Source: Vulcanimicrobiota bacterium (GTDB taxonomy: Bacteria; Vulcanimicrobiota; Vulcanimicrobiia; Vulcanimicrobiales; Vulcanimicrobiaceae). From it: a stretch of DNA of 61,383 nucleotides. This document shows positions 10,030 to 19,518 of this stretch, piece after piece (position 1 is the stretch's first letter; the number at the start of each line of letters is the position of its first letter). Below the pieces are notes generated by a model, which was not told the origin of the DNA, did no database searches, and saw only the letters and a list, made by a program, of their open reading frames with translations. The stretch is from NCBI GenBank assembly GCA_030041115.1, contig JASHOM010000097.1:1-61383 (forward strand), in the 5' to 3' direction. The position numbers and the translations under genes are program-made.

Positions 10030-11031
10030 ATGAGCAGGCCGACCTTTCGCCGCCACGCCCTCAGCTTGGGGGCGCTTTGCCTCATTCTTTCGGGTTGCGG
10101 AGGCTTTCAAGCACCGGCGGCGTCGCCGGCCGTGCCGCCGTCCTTTGCCGAGTTTCGCAACGGGACGATTCCCAAGCACCCGGATCGCGCAGCGTCGTGG
10201 ATTGCGCCGGCGACGCAGAAAGAGATCCTCTACCTTTCGGACGCCGGTGCCGACGCCGTCTATCTTTATGCATATCCTTCCGTACGCAGGATCGGGAAGC
10301 TGACCAATCTGCAGGATCCGTCGGGCCTCTGCACCGACGCGGCCGGCAACGTCTGGGTCGTTGAAACCGGCATTTCCCATATCGTCAAATACGCGCACGC
10401 CGGCACCAAGAAAATCGCAAACCTCACCGACTCCGGTTTTCACGATCTGCTGGGCTGCTCGGTCGATCCGACGACCGGCAATCTGGCGGTTGCGGATTTG
10501 GGCGATCCGACCGGAGGCGGCAACGTCGCGATTTATGCCGATGCCAAGGGAACGCCGAAGAGGTATAAATCGGCGGACCTGCAGGCCGCGTACTTCTGCG
10601 GGTACGACGACAGCGGCAATCTCTTCGTCGACGGCATTGACGCCGCCGGCGCGTTCTTGCTCCTCGAGCTGCCGGCGGCGAGCAGCTCGCTGCAAACGAT
10701 CGCGCTCGACCAAAGCGTCGGCTTCCCGGGCGGCATCGAATGGGACGGGCAGTACGTCGCCATCGGCGATCAGGCGTATCAGAGCGGAAACACCTCCGCG
10801 ATCTATCAAGTCTCGGTTTCAGGCTCGAACGCGACGGTGCACGGCACCACCGTGCTAACGGGCAGCTGCGACGTGCTGCAGTTCGGCATCTCGGGCGGCA
10901 CCGTGGGCGCGCCCGACGCTTGCTACAACACCGCGTCGCTTTACAGCTACCCGGCGGGAGGATCGCCGACCGATACGATCACGGGACTGCAATATCCCGT
11001 GGCCGCGGCGGTCAGCATCGCGGCGAAATGA
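10030..11031 (+). CDS. Secreted beta-propeller (NHL/SMP-30-like) lipoprotein
   Basis: Lipobox LSGC; ILYLSD, GLCTDAAGNVWV, GCSVDPTTGNLAV, FCGYDDSGNLFVDG and GIEWDG blade repeats. Confidence 0.8.
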   Translation: MSRPTFRRHALSLGALCLILSGCGGFQAPAASPAVPPSFAEFRNGTIPKHPDRAASWIAPATQKEILYLSDAGADAVYLYAYPSVRRIGKLTNLQDPSGLCTDAAGNVWVVETGISHIVKYAHAGTKKIANLTDSGFHDLLGCSVDPTTGNLAVADLGDPTGGGNVAIYADAKGTPKRYKSADLQAAYFCGYDDSGNLFVDGIDAAGAFLLLELPAASSSLQTIALDQSVGFPGGIEWDGQYVAIGDQAYQSGNTSAIYQVSVSGSNATVHGTTVLTGSCDVLQFGISGGTVGAPDACYNTASLYSYPAGGSPTDTITGLQYPVAAAVSIAAK

Positions 11032-11040
11032 ACGGCGCGG

Positions 11041-11832
11041 TTATCCGAAGCGACCGGTGATGTAATCCTCGGTCCGGTGGTCGCCGGGCTTGGTGAAAAG
11101 CCGAGCGGTATCGTCGACTTCGACGAGTCGCCCGACGCCGGCCTCGTCGGCGAGCATGAACGCGGTGACGTCCGAGACGCGCGCAGCTTGCTGCATGTTG
11201 TGCGTTACTGCAACGATGGTGAACTCGTCGGCCAGCCGCGCCATCAGCTCTTCGATCACGGCGGTCGCGATCGGATCGAGCGACGCGGTCGGCTCGTCCA
11301 TCAACAAGACCTCCGGCTCGGCGGCTACGGCGCGCGCGATGCACAGCCGCTGCTGCTGCCCCCCTGACAGGCGCAAGGGGCTCGAGCGGAGCTTATCCTT
11401 CACCTCGTCCCAGAGCGCAGCCGCACGGAGCGCGCGCTCGGCGCAATCGAATCTCTGACGCCGGTTCAGGCCTCTGGCGGCGCAGACGAGCGTATTATCG
11501 AGGATCGAGAGCGTCGGAAACGGATTGGGGCGCTGGAAAACCATGCCGATCCGTCGGCGGATCGCCATCGGATCGACCGCGCCGGCGTAGATGTCCTGGC
11601 CGTCGAGCAGCACTCGTCCCTCGACTCGCGCGTCGAACCCGACCTCGTGGATTCGATTCAGGCAGCGGAGAAACGTCGTCTTGCCGCAGCCTGAAGGCCC
11701 GATCAAGGCGGTAACGGCTTTGCGCGTGAATGCGATCGACACGTCGCCGACCGCCTTTCTATCACCGTAATACGCGCTGAGCTCGTCGGTCGCGAGCAGC
11801 TCGTCGCGCTCCGCCGCGACGGCGGCGCTCAA
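11041..11832 (-). CDS. pstB: Phosphate ABC transporter ATPase
   Basis: [39 protein letters not shown] and [10 protein letters not shown] motifs. Confidence 0.96.
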   Translation of the reverse strand: MSAAVAAERDELLATDELSAYYGDRKAVGDVSIAFTRKAVTALIGPSGCGKTTFLRCLNRIHEVGFDARVEGRVLLDGQDIYAGAVDPMAIRRRIGMVFQRPNPFPTLSILDNTLVCAARGLNRRQRFDCAERALRAAALWDEVKDKLRSSPLRLSGGQQQRLCIARAVAAEPEVLLMDEPTASLDPIATAVIEELMARLADEFTIVAVTHNMQQAARVSDVTAFMLADEAGVGRLVEVDDTARLFTKPGDHRTEDYITGRFG

Positions 11833-12698
11833 CTCTCGAGCCCTTGCATGGCACGGCGCAGCATCAATCGCGCGCCCAAACTCAACACCAAGACCGCAAC
11901 GATCAAGAGCAGCGCGCCGCCCCAGGCCTGTGCTTGCCAGTTGGGATAGGGTGAGATCGCATAGGTAAAGACCTGCAGCGCGAGCACGGCCATCGGGTTA
12001 TTCGGGTTCGTCTCCCAAAACTGGCTGCCGAAGGCCGTAAAGAGCAACGGGGCCGTTTCGCCCGTGACGCGCGCGATCGCCAGCAAGAGCGCGGTGATGA
12101 TGGCCGGCCGCGCCGTCGGCAGCACGATGCCGACGGTTGCTCGCAGATTGGACATGCCCAGCGCGAGCGCGCCTTCCCGAACGGTCTGCGGCACCGAGCG
12201 AATCGCCTGCTCCGACGTCCTTACGAGCAGCGGCAGCATCAGCATCATGAATGCAAACGACGCGGAGACGGCTGAAAAATGCTTGAGCGGCGCGACGAGC
12301 ACGGCGTAGGCGAAGAGCCCTATCGCGATGCTCGGCACGCCCGAGAGCACGTCGGAAAGAAAGCGCAGCGCCTCGGGGATCACGCCCCGGCCGAAGAGCG
12401 CCAAATAGATTCCGGTCAGCAGTCCGATCGGCACGGCCATCGCGGTCGCGATGGCGATGATGATGACCGTCCCGAGAATCCCGTTGCCGACGCCGCCGCC
12501 GGGGACGCCGACGGGATGCGGCAGCGCGGTGAGAAAGGACCAGTTGATCGCGCCGGCTCCCTGCACGATCACGTAACCGAGAATCGCCAGCAGCGCGCCC
12601 GCCGCTAGAAGCGCGCACAGCAAGGCCAGGGCCGTGCCGAGCGACCCGTAGACGCGGCGCCGGCGCAGGCGTCGCTGCCCCAATGCGGCGACGGTCAC
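11829..12698 (-). CDS. pstA: Phosphate ABC transporter permease
   Basis: [18 protein letters not shown] and [10 protein letters not shown] motifs; GTGA overlap with pstC. Confidence 0.94.
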   Translation of the reverse strand: MTVAALGQRRLRRRRVYGSLGTALALLCALLAAGALLAILGYVIVQGAGAINWSFLTALPHPVGVPGGGVGNGILGTVIIIAIATAMAVPIGLLTGIYLALFGRGVIPEALRFLSDVLSGVPSIAIGLFAYAVLVAPLKHFSAVSASFAFMMLMLPLLVRTSEQAIRSVPQTVREGALALGMSNLRATVGIVLPTARPAIITALLLAIARVTGETAPLLFTAFGSQFWETNPNNPMAVLALQVFTYAISPYPNWQAQAWGGALLLIVAVLVLSLGARLMLRRAMQGLES

Positions 12699-13633
12699 GT
12701 CGACCCCCGGACGCTCCAAATCATCAGCCGCGCAAGCGCGTTGACGACGATGCTCACCACGAAGAGAATCAAACCAAGCTCGATGAGCGCGCTGATGTAG
12801 ATGCTCGTCGTCGCTTCGGTAAACTCGTTGGCGATCACGCTGGCCAGCGTATAGGACGGAGCGAAGAGCGACGCCGAAATTTCCGGGCGGTTTCCGATGA
12901 CCATCGTTACCGCGATCGTCTCGCCCAACGCTCGCCCCAGTCCCAGCACGCACGACCCGAAAATGCCGACGCGCGCGGCCGGAAGCACGACTCGCGTCGC
13001 GGTTTCCCATTTCGTCGCGCCCAATGCCATCGAGGCCTCGCGCAGATCGCGCGAAATCGCCGCAACGACGTCACGCGAGATCGCGGTGACGGTCGGAACG
13101 ATCATCAGCGCAAGAATTATCCCGGCGGTGAGCAGGCCGACGCCGTAGACCGGTCCCGAGAAGAGCGGCGTCCAGCCGAGCACTTTTTGTACGGCCGGGC
13201 CGATCGCCGTTCGCACGAACGGGGCCAGGACGAAGAGTCCCCACAGACCGTAGACGACGCTGGGTACCGCCGCAAGCAACTCGATCAGGAACGACAGCGG
13301 CGCCGAGAGCCAACGCGGCGCGAAGTCGGCGAGAAAGACCGCGGCCATGATCCCGATGACCGCCGCAAGCACGATCGCGATCAACGAGGTTACGACGGTT
13401 CCATAGATCATCGGCAGCGCGCCGAAGTTGCTCGTGATCGGATCCCACGAGCTCTTCCAAATGAACGACGGCCCGAACGCCGCGATCGATGGCCACGACC
13501 CGAGGACCAGCTCGATGAAAAGACCGATGATCAGCAGCGCAAACAGGATGCTGCCGCCGTAGACGACCGCGGCAAAGCCGCGGTCGGCCGGACTGACGAA
13601 GCGCGCTACCCGCCGAAAGCGCGGCTGAACCAT
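12695..13633 (-). CDS. pstC: Phosphate ABC transporter permease
   Basis: ELLAAVPSVVYGLWG, EASMALGATKWE and GRALGETIAV motifs. Confidence 0.95.
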   Translation of the reverse strand: MVQPRFRRVARFVSPADRGFAAVVYGGSILFALLIIGLFIELVLGSWPSIAAFGPSFIWKSSWDPITSNFGALPMIYGTVVTSLIAIVLAAVIGIMAAVFLADFAPRWLSAPLSFLIELLAAVPSVVYGLWGLFVLAPFVRTAIGPAVQKVLGWTPLFSGPVYGVGLLTAGIILALMIVPTVTAISRDVVAAISRDLREASMALGATKWETATRVVLPAARVGIFGSCVLGLGRALGETIAVTMVIGNRPEISASLFAPSYTLASVIANEFTEATTSIYISALIELGLILFVVSIVVNALARLMIWSVRGST

Positions 13634-13649
13634 TGCCGTCCTGAGCCCG

Positions 13650-14678
13650 TCAGCGCTGCATCTGGTTGAGCGTTGCTTGGGCCGTGGCTTGGACGTTGCG
13701 CGGTAACGGCACGTAGTCGACGGACTTGGCGTTTTCTTGTCCTTGAGGTCCGGCCAGCCACGACAGCGCGCCGTAGAGGATCTTCGCGCGATTTCGGTCG
13801 CTCTGATTCTTGTAGATCACGACCCACGAGTAGCCTGAGATCGGGTACGAGCTTGCCCCTCCTGAGTCGACGATCGAAAAGTTCGTCGCGCTGACTTCCG
13901 GCTTCGTGGCGGCCGCCGCGGCCACGGTTTCGGTGGTGCAGGCCACCCATTTGCCCGCGCGATTCTGCAGCAGCGCCGCCGGCATGTGATTCTCGATCAC
14001 GTAGGCCAGCTCGACGTACCCGATCGCTCCGGGCGTGCTGCGCACCTGTCCCGCCACGCCCTCATTGCCCTTGGCGCCCACTGCGCTTGGCGCCGGCCAC
14101 GAAACGCTCTTGCCGGTTCCCACCTTGCTCTTCCATTCCGGCGAAACGTGACTGAGGAAATCGGAAAAGATGTAGCTGGTGCCGGATCCGTCGGAACGGT
14201 GGACGACGACGATCGACATGTCGGGCAGATTCATGGCGCGATTGACCTTGGCGATCGCCGGATCGTTCCACTTGAGGATTTTTCCGAGGTAGATCCCGGC
14301 CACCACCTCGCGGGTCAGCCGCAGCGTCCCGCTCACTCCGGGTAAATTATAAGCGATCGCCGCGCCGCCGAGCGTAACCGGAACTTGCAGCACCGGCGCG
14401 CTTGCGCGCGCCAGCTCTTCGGCGTTCATCGGCACGTCCGTCGCGCCGAAGTCGACGTTACGAGCGGTGAACTGCTGAATTCCGCCGCCGCTGCCGATCG
14501 ATTGGTAGTTGACGGTCACGTCCGGATTCTTCTGATTGTAGATGTAGAAAGCTTTGGAGAAGAACGGATAGTCGAAGCTCGAGCCGGCGCCCGTCAGTTG
14601 CGTGGCGGCGGCGGCCGGGACCGTGAGCGCGACCGCCGCAGCGGCCATCGTCAGGCAACGAAGGAGGGATACCTTCAC
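13650..14678 (-). CDS. pstS: Phosphate ABC transporter substrate-binding protein
   Basis: GAGSSF, YQSIGSGGG, DFGATD, RSDGSGT and GKGNEGV-like motifs; signal peptide; GAGGAG RBS. Confidence 0.96.
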   Translation of the reverse strand: MKVSLLRCLTMAAAAVALTVPAAAATQLTGAGSSFDYPFFSKAFYIYNQKNPDVTVNYQSIGSGGGIQQFTARNVDFGATDVPMNAEELARASAPVLQVPVTLGGAAIAYNLPGVSGTLRLTREVVAGIYLGKILKWNDPAIAKVNRAMNLPDMSIVVVHRSDGSGTSYIFSDFLSHVSPEWKSKVGTGKSVSWPAPSAVGAKGNEGVAGQVRSTPGAIGYVELAYVIENHMPAALLQNRAGKWVACTTETVAAAAATKPEVSATNFSIVDSGGASSYPISGYSWVVIYKNQSDRNRAKILYGALSWLAGPQGQENAKSVDYVPLPRNVQATAQATLNQMQR

Positions 14679-14715
14679 AAAACGCTCCTCAAATTGACGT
14701 GGGGTATTTTCTAGT

Positions 14716-14746
14716 TTTAAGCCAGCACGATTAACCCCAGGTTAAG
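14716..14746 (-). promoter_or_regulatory. Candidate Pho box upstream of pstS
   Basis: Minus strand CTTAACCT-ggg-GTTAATCG: TTAAY repeats at 11-bp spacing, with a third TTAA nearby. Confidence 0.45.
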
Positions 14747-14802
14747 GCGCGACGGATGACCGTGAGCGGAGTCGACGGGTGGCGAGCCGAAGCCGCCGCC
14801 CC

Positions 14803-16542
14803 ATGATTGCCGACGCCGGGGTTGACGATCGGCGGCCTTCGCTTGCCGAGCTGCGCCATACGGCCGCGCACGTGCTCGCCTACGCCGTCGCGGATCTCTT
14901 CCCGGACGCCAAACCGACCATCGGTCCGGCAATCGAGAACGGCTTCTATTACGACTTCGATCGCGGGGAGGCGTTCACGCCCGAGGACCTCGAGCGGCTG
15001 GAGCGGCGCATGAGCGAGATCGTGGCGGCCGACTACCCGATGGCCGGGCGCGAAGTCACCCGGCGGGAAGCGATCGCCGCGTTCGACGCAAACCCCTATA
15101 AGCTCGAAATCGCCCGGGAAATCCCCGACGGCGAGCCGATCACGCTCTACACGATCGGCGAGTTTACCGACCTCTGCCGGGGGGGCCACGCCGAGTCGAC
15201 GGGCGCGATCGGGGCTTTCAAGCTCACCAGCGTGGCCGGCGCCTACTGGCGTGGTGACGAGCACAGGCCCATGCTCCAGCGGATCTACGGCACCGCCTGG
15301 TACGACCAGGCGCAGCTCGCCCAGTATCTGGCACGCCTCGAGGAGGCGCAACGGCGAGACCACCGGCGGCTGGGGGTCGAGCTGGACCTCTTTTCGATTG
15401 AAGAGGCCGCCGGGGGCGGTCTCGTCTTCTGGCACCCCAAGGGCGCGATCGTCCGGGGCCTGATCGAGGACTTCATCCGGGAGGGCCTGCGCGAGCGCGG
15501 GTACCAGCCGGTCGTAACCCCGCACGTGGTCAGTGAGCGTCTATACGAAATCTCAGGACATCTTGAGAACTTTAGGGAGAATATGTTCGGTCCGCTCGAT
15601 GCCGAGGGCCAGCGCTTCCGTCTCAAGCCCATGAACTGCCCTGGGCATATCCTTATCTATCAGAGCCGGCTGCGCAGCTATCGCGACCTGCCGCTGCGCC
15701 TTTCCGAGTTCGGGACGGTCTATCGCTTCGAGCGTTCCGGAGTGCTGCACGGACTCACCCGCGTACGCGGCTTTACGCAAGACGACGCACATCTGTTCTG
15801 CACGCCCGAGCAAGTCCAGCACGAGTTCGAGCAGACCGTCGACGAGGCTCGCCGGCTGATGAGCGCCTTCGGCTTCGCCGAGTTTGCATACGTGCTCTCG
15901 ACTCGGGCGCAGAAGGACCGGACCGAAACCGACGAGGTCGCCGAAGCGGCGATCCGCAAAGCGCTGGAACGCTACGGCATGTCCTATGAGGTCGATGAAG
16001 GCGGCGGTGCGTTTTACGGCCCCAAGCTCGACATCAACGTGCGCGACGCCATCGGCCGCTCGTGGCAACTCGGAACCGTGCAGGTGGACTTTCTCTTGCC
16101 CGCCCGGTTTGGATTAAAATATCGCGCGGCCGACGGACAGGATCCGCGTCCCGTGATGATCCACCGGGCACTTGCCGGTTCGCTGGAGCGTTTCTTCGGC
16201 ATACTGATCGAACATTACGGAGGAGCGTTCCCGGCCTGGTTGGCACCGATTCAGGTCGTGGTCGCGCCCATCGCCGAGCAGCAAGCAAGCTACGCAAGCG
16301 AGGTCGTCACTCGACTACGGGCAGCGGGCTTTCGGGCGCAGGTCGACGAAAGCAACGAGAAGCTCGGGTACAAGATCCGGCACTGGAAAACCCAAAAAGT
16401 TCCGTACATTTTAGTAGCGGGCAAACAAGAGGTTTCGGACGGCACGGTGAACGTCAATCAGCGTGGCCGCGACGAGAAACGGACCGTTTCAGTCGAGTCC
16501 TTCGTCGATGAGCTACACAAAACGGTTGAGGCGAAGCTATAA
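14803..16542 (+). CDS. thrS: Threonine--tRNA ligase (lacks the N-terminal TGS domain)
   Basis: RHTAAHVLA, DLCRGGH, RDHRRLG, KPMNCPGH, RVRGFTQDDAH and AFYGPKLD motifs. Confidence 0.97.
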   Translation: MIADAGVDDRRPSLAELRHTAAHVLAYAVADLFPDAKPTIGPAIENGFYYDFDRGEAFTPEDLERLERRMSEIVAADYPMAGREVTRREAIAAFDANPYKLEIAREIPDGEPITLYTIGEFTDLCRGGHAESTGAIGAFKLTSVAGAYWRGDEHRPMLQRIYGTAWYDQAQLAQYLARLEEAQRRDHRRLGVELDLFSIEEAAGGGLVFWHPKGAIVRGLIEDFIREGLRERGYQPVVTPHVVSERLYEISGHLENFRENMFGPLDAEGQRFRLKPMNCPGHILIYQSRLRSYRDLPLRLSEFGTVYRFERSGVLHGLTRVRGFTQDDAHLFCTPEQVQHEFEQTVDEARRLMSAFGFAEFAYVLSTRAQKDRTETDEVAEAAIRKALERYGMSYEVDEGGGAFYGPKLDINVRDAIGRSWQLGTVQVDFLLPARFGLKYRAADGQDPRPVMIHRALAGSLERFFGILIEHYGGAFPAWLAPIQVVVAPIAEQQASYASEVVTRLRAAGFRAQVDESNEKLGYKIRHWKTQKVPYILVAGKQEVSDGTVNVNQRGRDEKRTVSVESFVDELHKTVEAKL

Positions 16543-16544
16543 CG

Positions 16545-17498
16545 ATGAGGTTTGACGCTCGAGTAGTTTTTGCCGCGTCAGCACTGATATTGGGCTCGTG
16601 CCAAGGCGCGGGCTTCGATAGCGGCATGGGCGGCGACATGTCGCCGCCGGTTTCCAACCCGGGCTCGATGGCCGGCGGCATGCCGGGCGTCGGCGGCATG
16701 GGAAACAACGGCGGCATGGGTAATCAGATCGCCGGGCCCAACGTCGGCATGAACGGCCAGGAAGAGCTGGCGAATCCCGGCGCGACGCTCGCGCCCAACG
16801 AAGCGCAGTATCCGATCGCGCAAGGCCCCACCGGCATGAAGTGCCCGCAAGTACTCGAATTCAGTCAGCCCTACAACTGCACGCTGGCCTTCAACATTCC
16901 GACGCCGTCGCCGGCGCCCAGCGGCTCACCGGGTGCCAAGAGCACGGCCACGCCGACGGCAAGCCCGACGCCGACTCCCAAACCAACGGCTTCGTCCGAC
17001 GATAGCGACGACAGCGACGACGACGACAGCAGCGACTCGCCGACGCCCACGCCCACGCCCGCCGGCATGATGACGATGCTCATGGAGCCCTTGCCGCACG
17101 ACGTGCCGAACATGACCAACCCGAATCCGCTCTTGATGCACGTCACGCCGTTGGTCGCGATCCGTCTGCAGAGCAACATGTCGTTCGAGCTCAACGGCCA
17201 AGCGACGGTGCAGTACACGCTGCCGCAGATACAGTTCACCGGTCGCGTATTCGCGCTGCAGCTCTATAACGAATCGGTCCTGCGCGGGAAGCGTTTCGAT
17301 CAGTTCATCGCGACGTACTCGAAGTTTCAAACGCCGCAGAGCAACACCGTGCAGTTCCAGTTCAGCGTTCCCAAGGTCAGCGTGCGCCCGAACCAGATTT
17401 GGCTGCTCGCCATGTACGGCGCACAGCTTCCACCCGGCACGACGCCGACGCCGTCTCCAACTCCCTCGCCGTCCACCTCTCCCAGCTCATCGCCCTAG
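16545..17498 (+). CDS. Hypothetical lipoprotein with Gly/Met-rich, Pro/Thr-rich and acidic linkers
   Basis: Lipobox LGSC; low-complexity segments; starts 2 nt after the thrS stop. Confidence 0.75.
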   Translation: MRFDARVVFAASALILGSCQGAGFDSGMGGDMSPPVSNPGSMAGGMPGVGGMGNNGGMGNQIAGPNVGMNGQEELANPGATLAPNEAQYPIAQGPTGMKCPQVLEFSQPYNCTLAFNIPTPSPAPSGSPGAKSTATPTASPTPTPKPTASSDDSDDSDDDDSSDSPTPTPTPAGMMTMLMEPLPHDVPNMTNPNPLLMHVTPLVAIRLQSNMSFELNGQATVQYTLPQIQFTGRVFALQLYNESVLRGKRFDQFIATYSKFQTPQSNTVQFQFSVPKVSVRPNQIWLLAMYGAQLPPGTTPTPSPTPSPSTSPSSSP

Positions 17499-17528
17499 AG
17501 CAGCGGGCGCCGCTCTAGCTGTCGTGGC

Positions 17529-18818
17529 GTGACGGCCGCAGCCCGCCGAACGTTCAGCGCGAGCTTCCTGGGCTGGATGCTCGACGCGTTCGACTTCCTG
17601 CTGCTGACCTTCGTCATTACGCGGATCGCGACCACCTTCAACCGGACCGTCGCCGAAGTGACGGTCGCGCTCACGCTGACGTTGGCTTGCCGCCCCATCG
17701 GGGCGCTGCTGTTCGGTTGGCTCGGCGACCGCTACGGCCGGCGCGCGCCGCTCATGGCCGACATCGGCTTTTACTCCCTCATCCAACTGCTTACGGCATT
17801 CTCGCCGAACTTCACGGTTTTTTTAGTGCTGCGCGCGCTCTACGGCGTCGCGATGGGCGGCGAGTGGGGGCTCGGGGCCGCGCTGACGATGGAATCCGTC
17901 GAACCGGGGCGCCGCGGGGCCGTCGGCGGCGTGCTCCAAAGCGGCTACATGTTCGGCTTTCTGCTCGCCGCCGCCACGTATTACGCCGTGTTCACCTTCA
18001 CGCACTGGGATTGGCGCGCGCTCTTCATCATCGGAACGCTCCCCGCGCTGCTCATTCTCTACATTCGCTCGGGCGTTCCGGAATCGCCCGCGTGGCTCGC
18101 CGGCCGCGCGCAACGTATCGGCACCACCCCGAATTTCTTATTGAAAAGCTTCGCCGCGCACTGGCCCCTGTTCATTTACGCGATCGCGTTCATGGCGTCG
18201 CTCAACGGCATGTCGCACGGCACGCAAGACCTGTACGCAACCTTCTTGCAGAAGCAGCACCGCTTTTCGCCCGGCTCGACGACGCTGCTCGCCATGACCG
18301 GCGCCGTCGGCGCGATCGCCGGCTGCGCGATCTTCGGGACGTTCTCCGAGCGCTTCGGCCGCCGCCGGATGGTCATGGTTGCCGCGGCGTTCGCGCTGTG
18401 CATGATCCCGCTCTGGGCGTTCGGCCAAACCGTTGCGTCGTTGGCGACGGGGGTCTTCTTCATCCAACTGGGAGTGCAGGGATGCTGGGGCGTGATCCCG
18501 GCCCATCTCAACGAGCTCTCACCCTCCGACGTGCGTGGAACGTTTCCGGGCTTTACGTATCAACTCGGCAATTTGGTCGCCGCGGGCGTCCCGCAGCTCG
18601 AAGCGCTGCTTGCGTCAAAGATTCCCCTGCCGAGCGGCGAGCCGAATTACGGAGGCGCGCTCGCCCTCGTCGCGGCAGCCGTGCTCGCGGCCGGTTTTCT
18701 GCTCGCCGCATTCGGTTATCTCGTTCGCAAAGAGACGCGCGGCGTCGCCTTCACGACCGCCTCAACCGCCGCCCTTACTCACCCGGCGTTCGCCGCAGAC
18801 GTTGACGCAGATGGGTGA
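17529..18818 (+). CDS. MFS transporter, sialate/lactate:H+ symporter (SHS, NanT/Jen1-like)
   Basis: GWMLDAFDF, GDRYGRR, GVAMGGEWG, SHGTQDLY and RGTFPGFTYQLGNL motifs. Confidence 0.9.
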   Translation: MTAAARRTFSASFLGWMLDAFDFLLLTFVITRIATTFNRTVAEVTVALTLTLACRPIGALLFGWLGDRYGRRAPLMADIGFYSLIQLLTAFSPNFTVFLVLRALYGVAMGGEWGLGAALTMESVEPGRRGAVGGVLQSGYMFGFLLAAATYYAVFTFTHWDWRALFIIGTLPALLILYIRSGVPESPAWLAGRAQRIGTTPNFLLKSFAAHWPLFIYAIAFMASLNGMSHGTQDLYATFLQKQHRFSPGSTTLLAMTGAVGAIAGCAIFGTFSERFGRRRMVMVAAAFALCMIPLWAFGQTVASLATGVFFIQLGVQGCWGVIPAHLNELSPSDVRGTFPGFTYQLGNLVAAGVPQLEALLASKIPLPSGEPNYGGALALVAAAVLAAGFLLAAFGYLVRKETRGVAFTTASTAALTHPAFAADVDADG

Positions 18819-19518
18819 CGGCCTGTGCGTGGATCTGCGAGACGCGCGACTCGGAAACCGCCAGATCTATTTTGATCTCCTTGAGCGTCTCGCCGTTGAA
18901 ATAGTAGCGCCGTATCACTGCCCGTTCCTGGGCCGGAAGCGAATCGACGGCGAGAATCAGCTCTTCGCGCATTTCGTCACGCTCGATCTCGCCGGCCACG
19001 TCGCCGCCGGCGTCTTCCAACGTATCGCTAACGAACAGCTCGTGATCGCCGGCGCTGGATAGCGGCTCCTCCAGCGAGATCACGCTCGTGCCGCGCAAAC
19101 GCTGCCGAATCCGATCGAGCTCGCGCGGCGAGAGGTTGAGCCGCCGGGCGAGCTCCTCTTCGCTGGGGTCGCGCCCCAGCTCGGATTCCAGTTGTTCGTG
19201 CGCGCGTTCGATCTCGCGCCCTCGCTGCCGAACGGTTCTCGGCACCCAGTCGAGGGTACGGAGCGCGTCGAGAATTGCGCCGTTGATTCGCGTGATGGCG
19301 TAGGTTTCGAACTTCACCGCCCGGGATTCGTCGTATTTTTCCAGCGCGTCGATCAAACCGAACACGCCGTCGTGAATAAGGTCGTTGATGTCGACGTTCG
19401 CGGGCAAATGGACGGAAAGCCGCCCGGCGACGTACTTGACGAGATGCAAGTACTTGTGGATGTTCTCTTCGCGCGACAGTGCGATTTCAGCCGCGCGACG
19501 CGAACGTTCGGAATCCAA
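18775..19518 (-). CDS. FliA/WhiG-family (sigma-28) RNA polymerase sigma factor
   Basis: LVKYVAGRL, KFETYAITRINGAILDALRTLDWVPR and VSESRVSQIH motifs. Confidence 0.9.
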   Translation of the reverse strand: MDSERSRRAAEIALSREENIHKYLHLVKYVAGRLSVHLPANVDINDLIHDGVFGLIDALEKYDESRAVKFETYAITRINGAILDALRTLDWVPRTVRQRGREIERAHEQLESELGRDPSEEELARRLNLSPRELDRIRQRLRGTSVISLEEPLSSAGDHELFVSDTLEDAGGDVAGEIERDEMREELILAVDSLPAQERAVIRRYYFNGETLKEIKIDLAVSESRVSQIHAQAVTHLRQRLRRTPGE

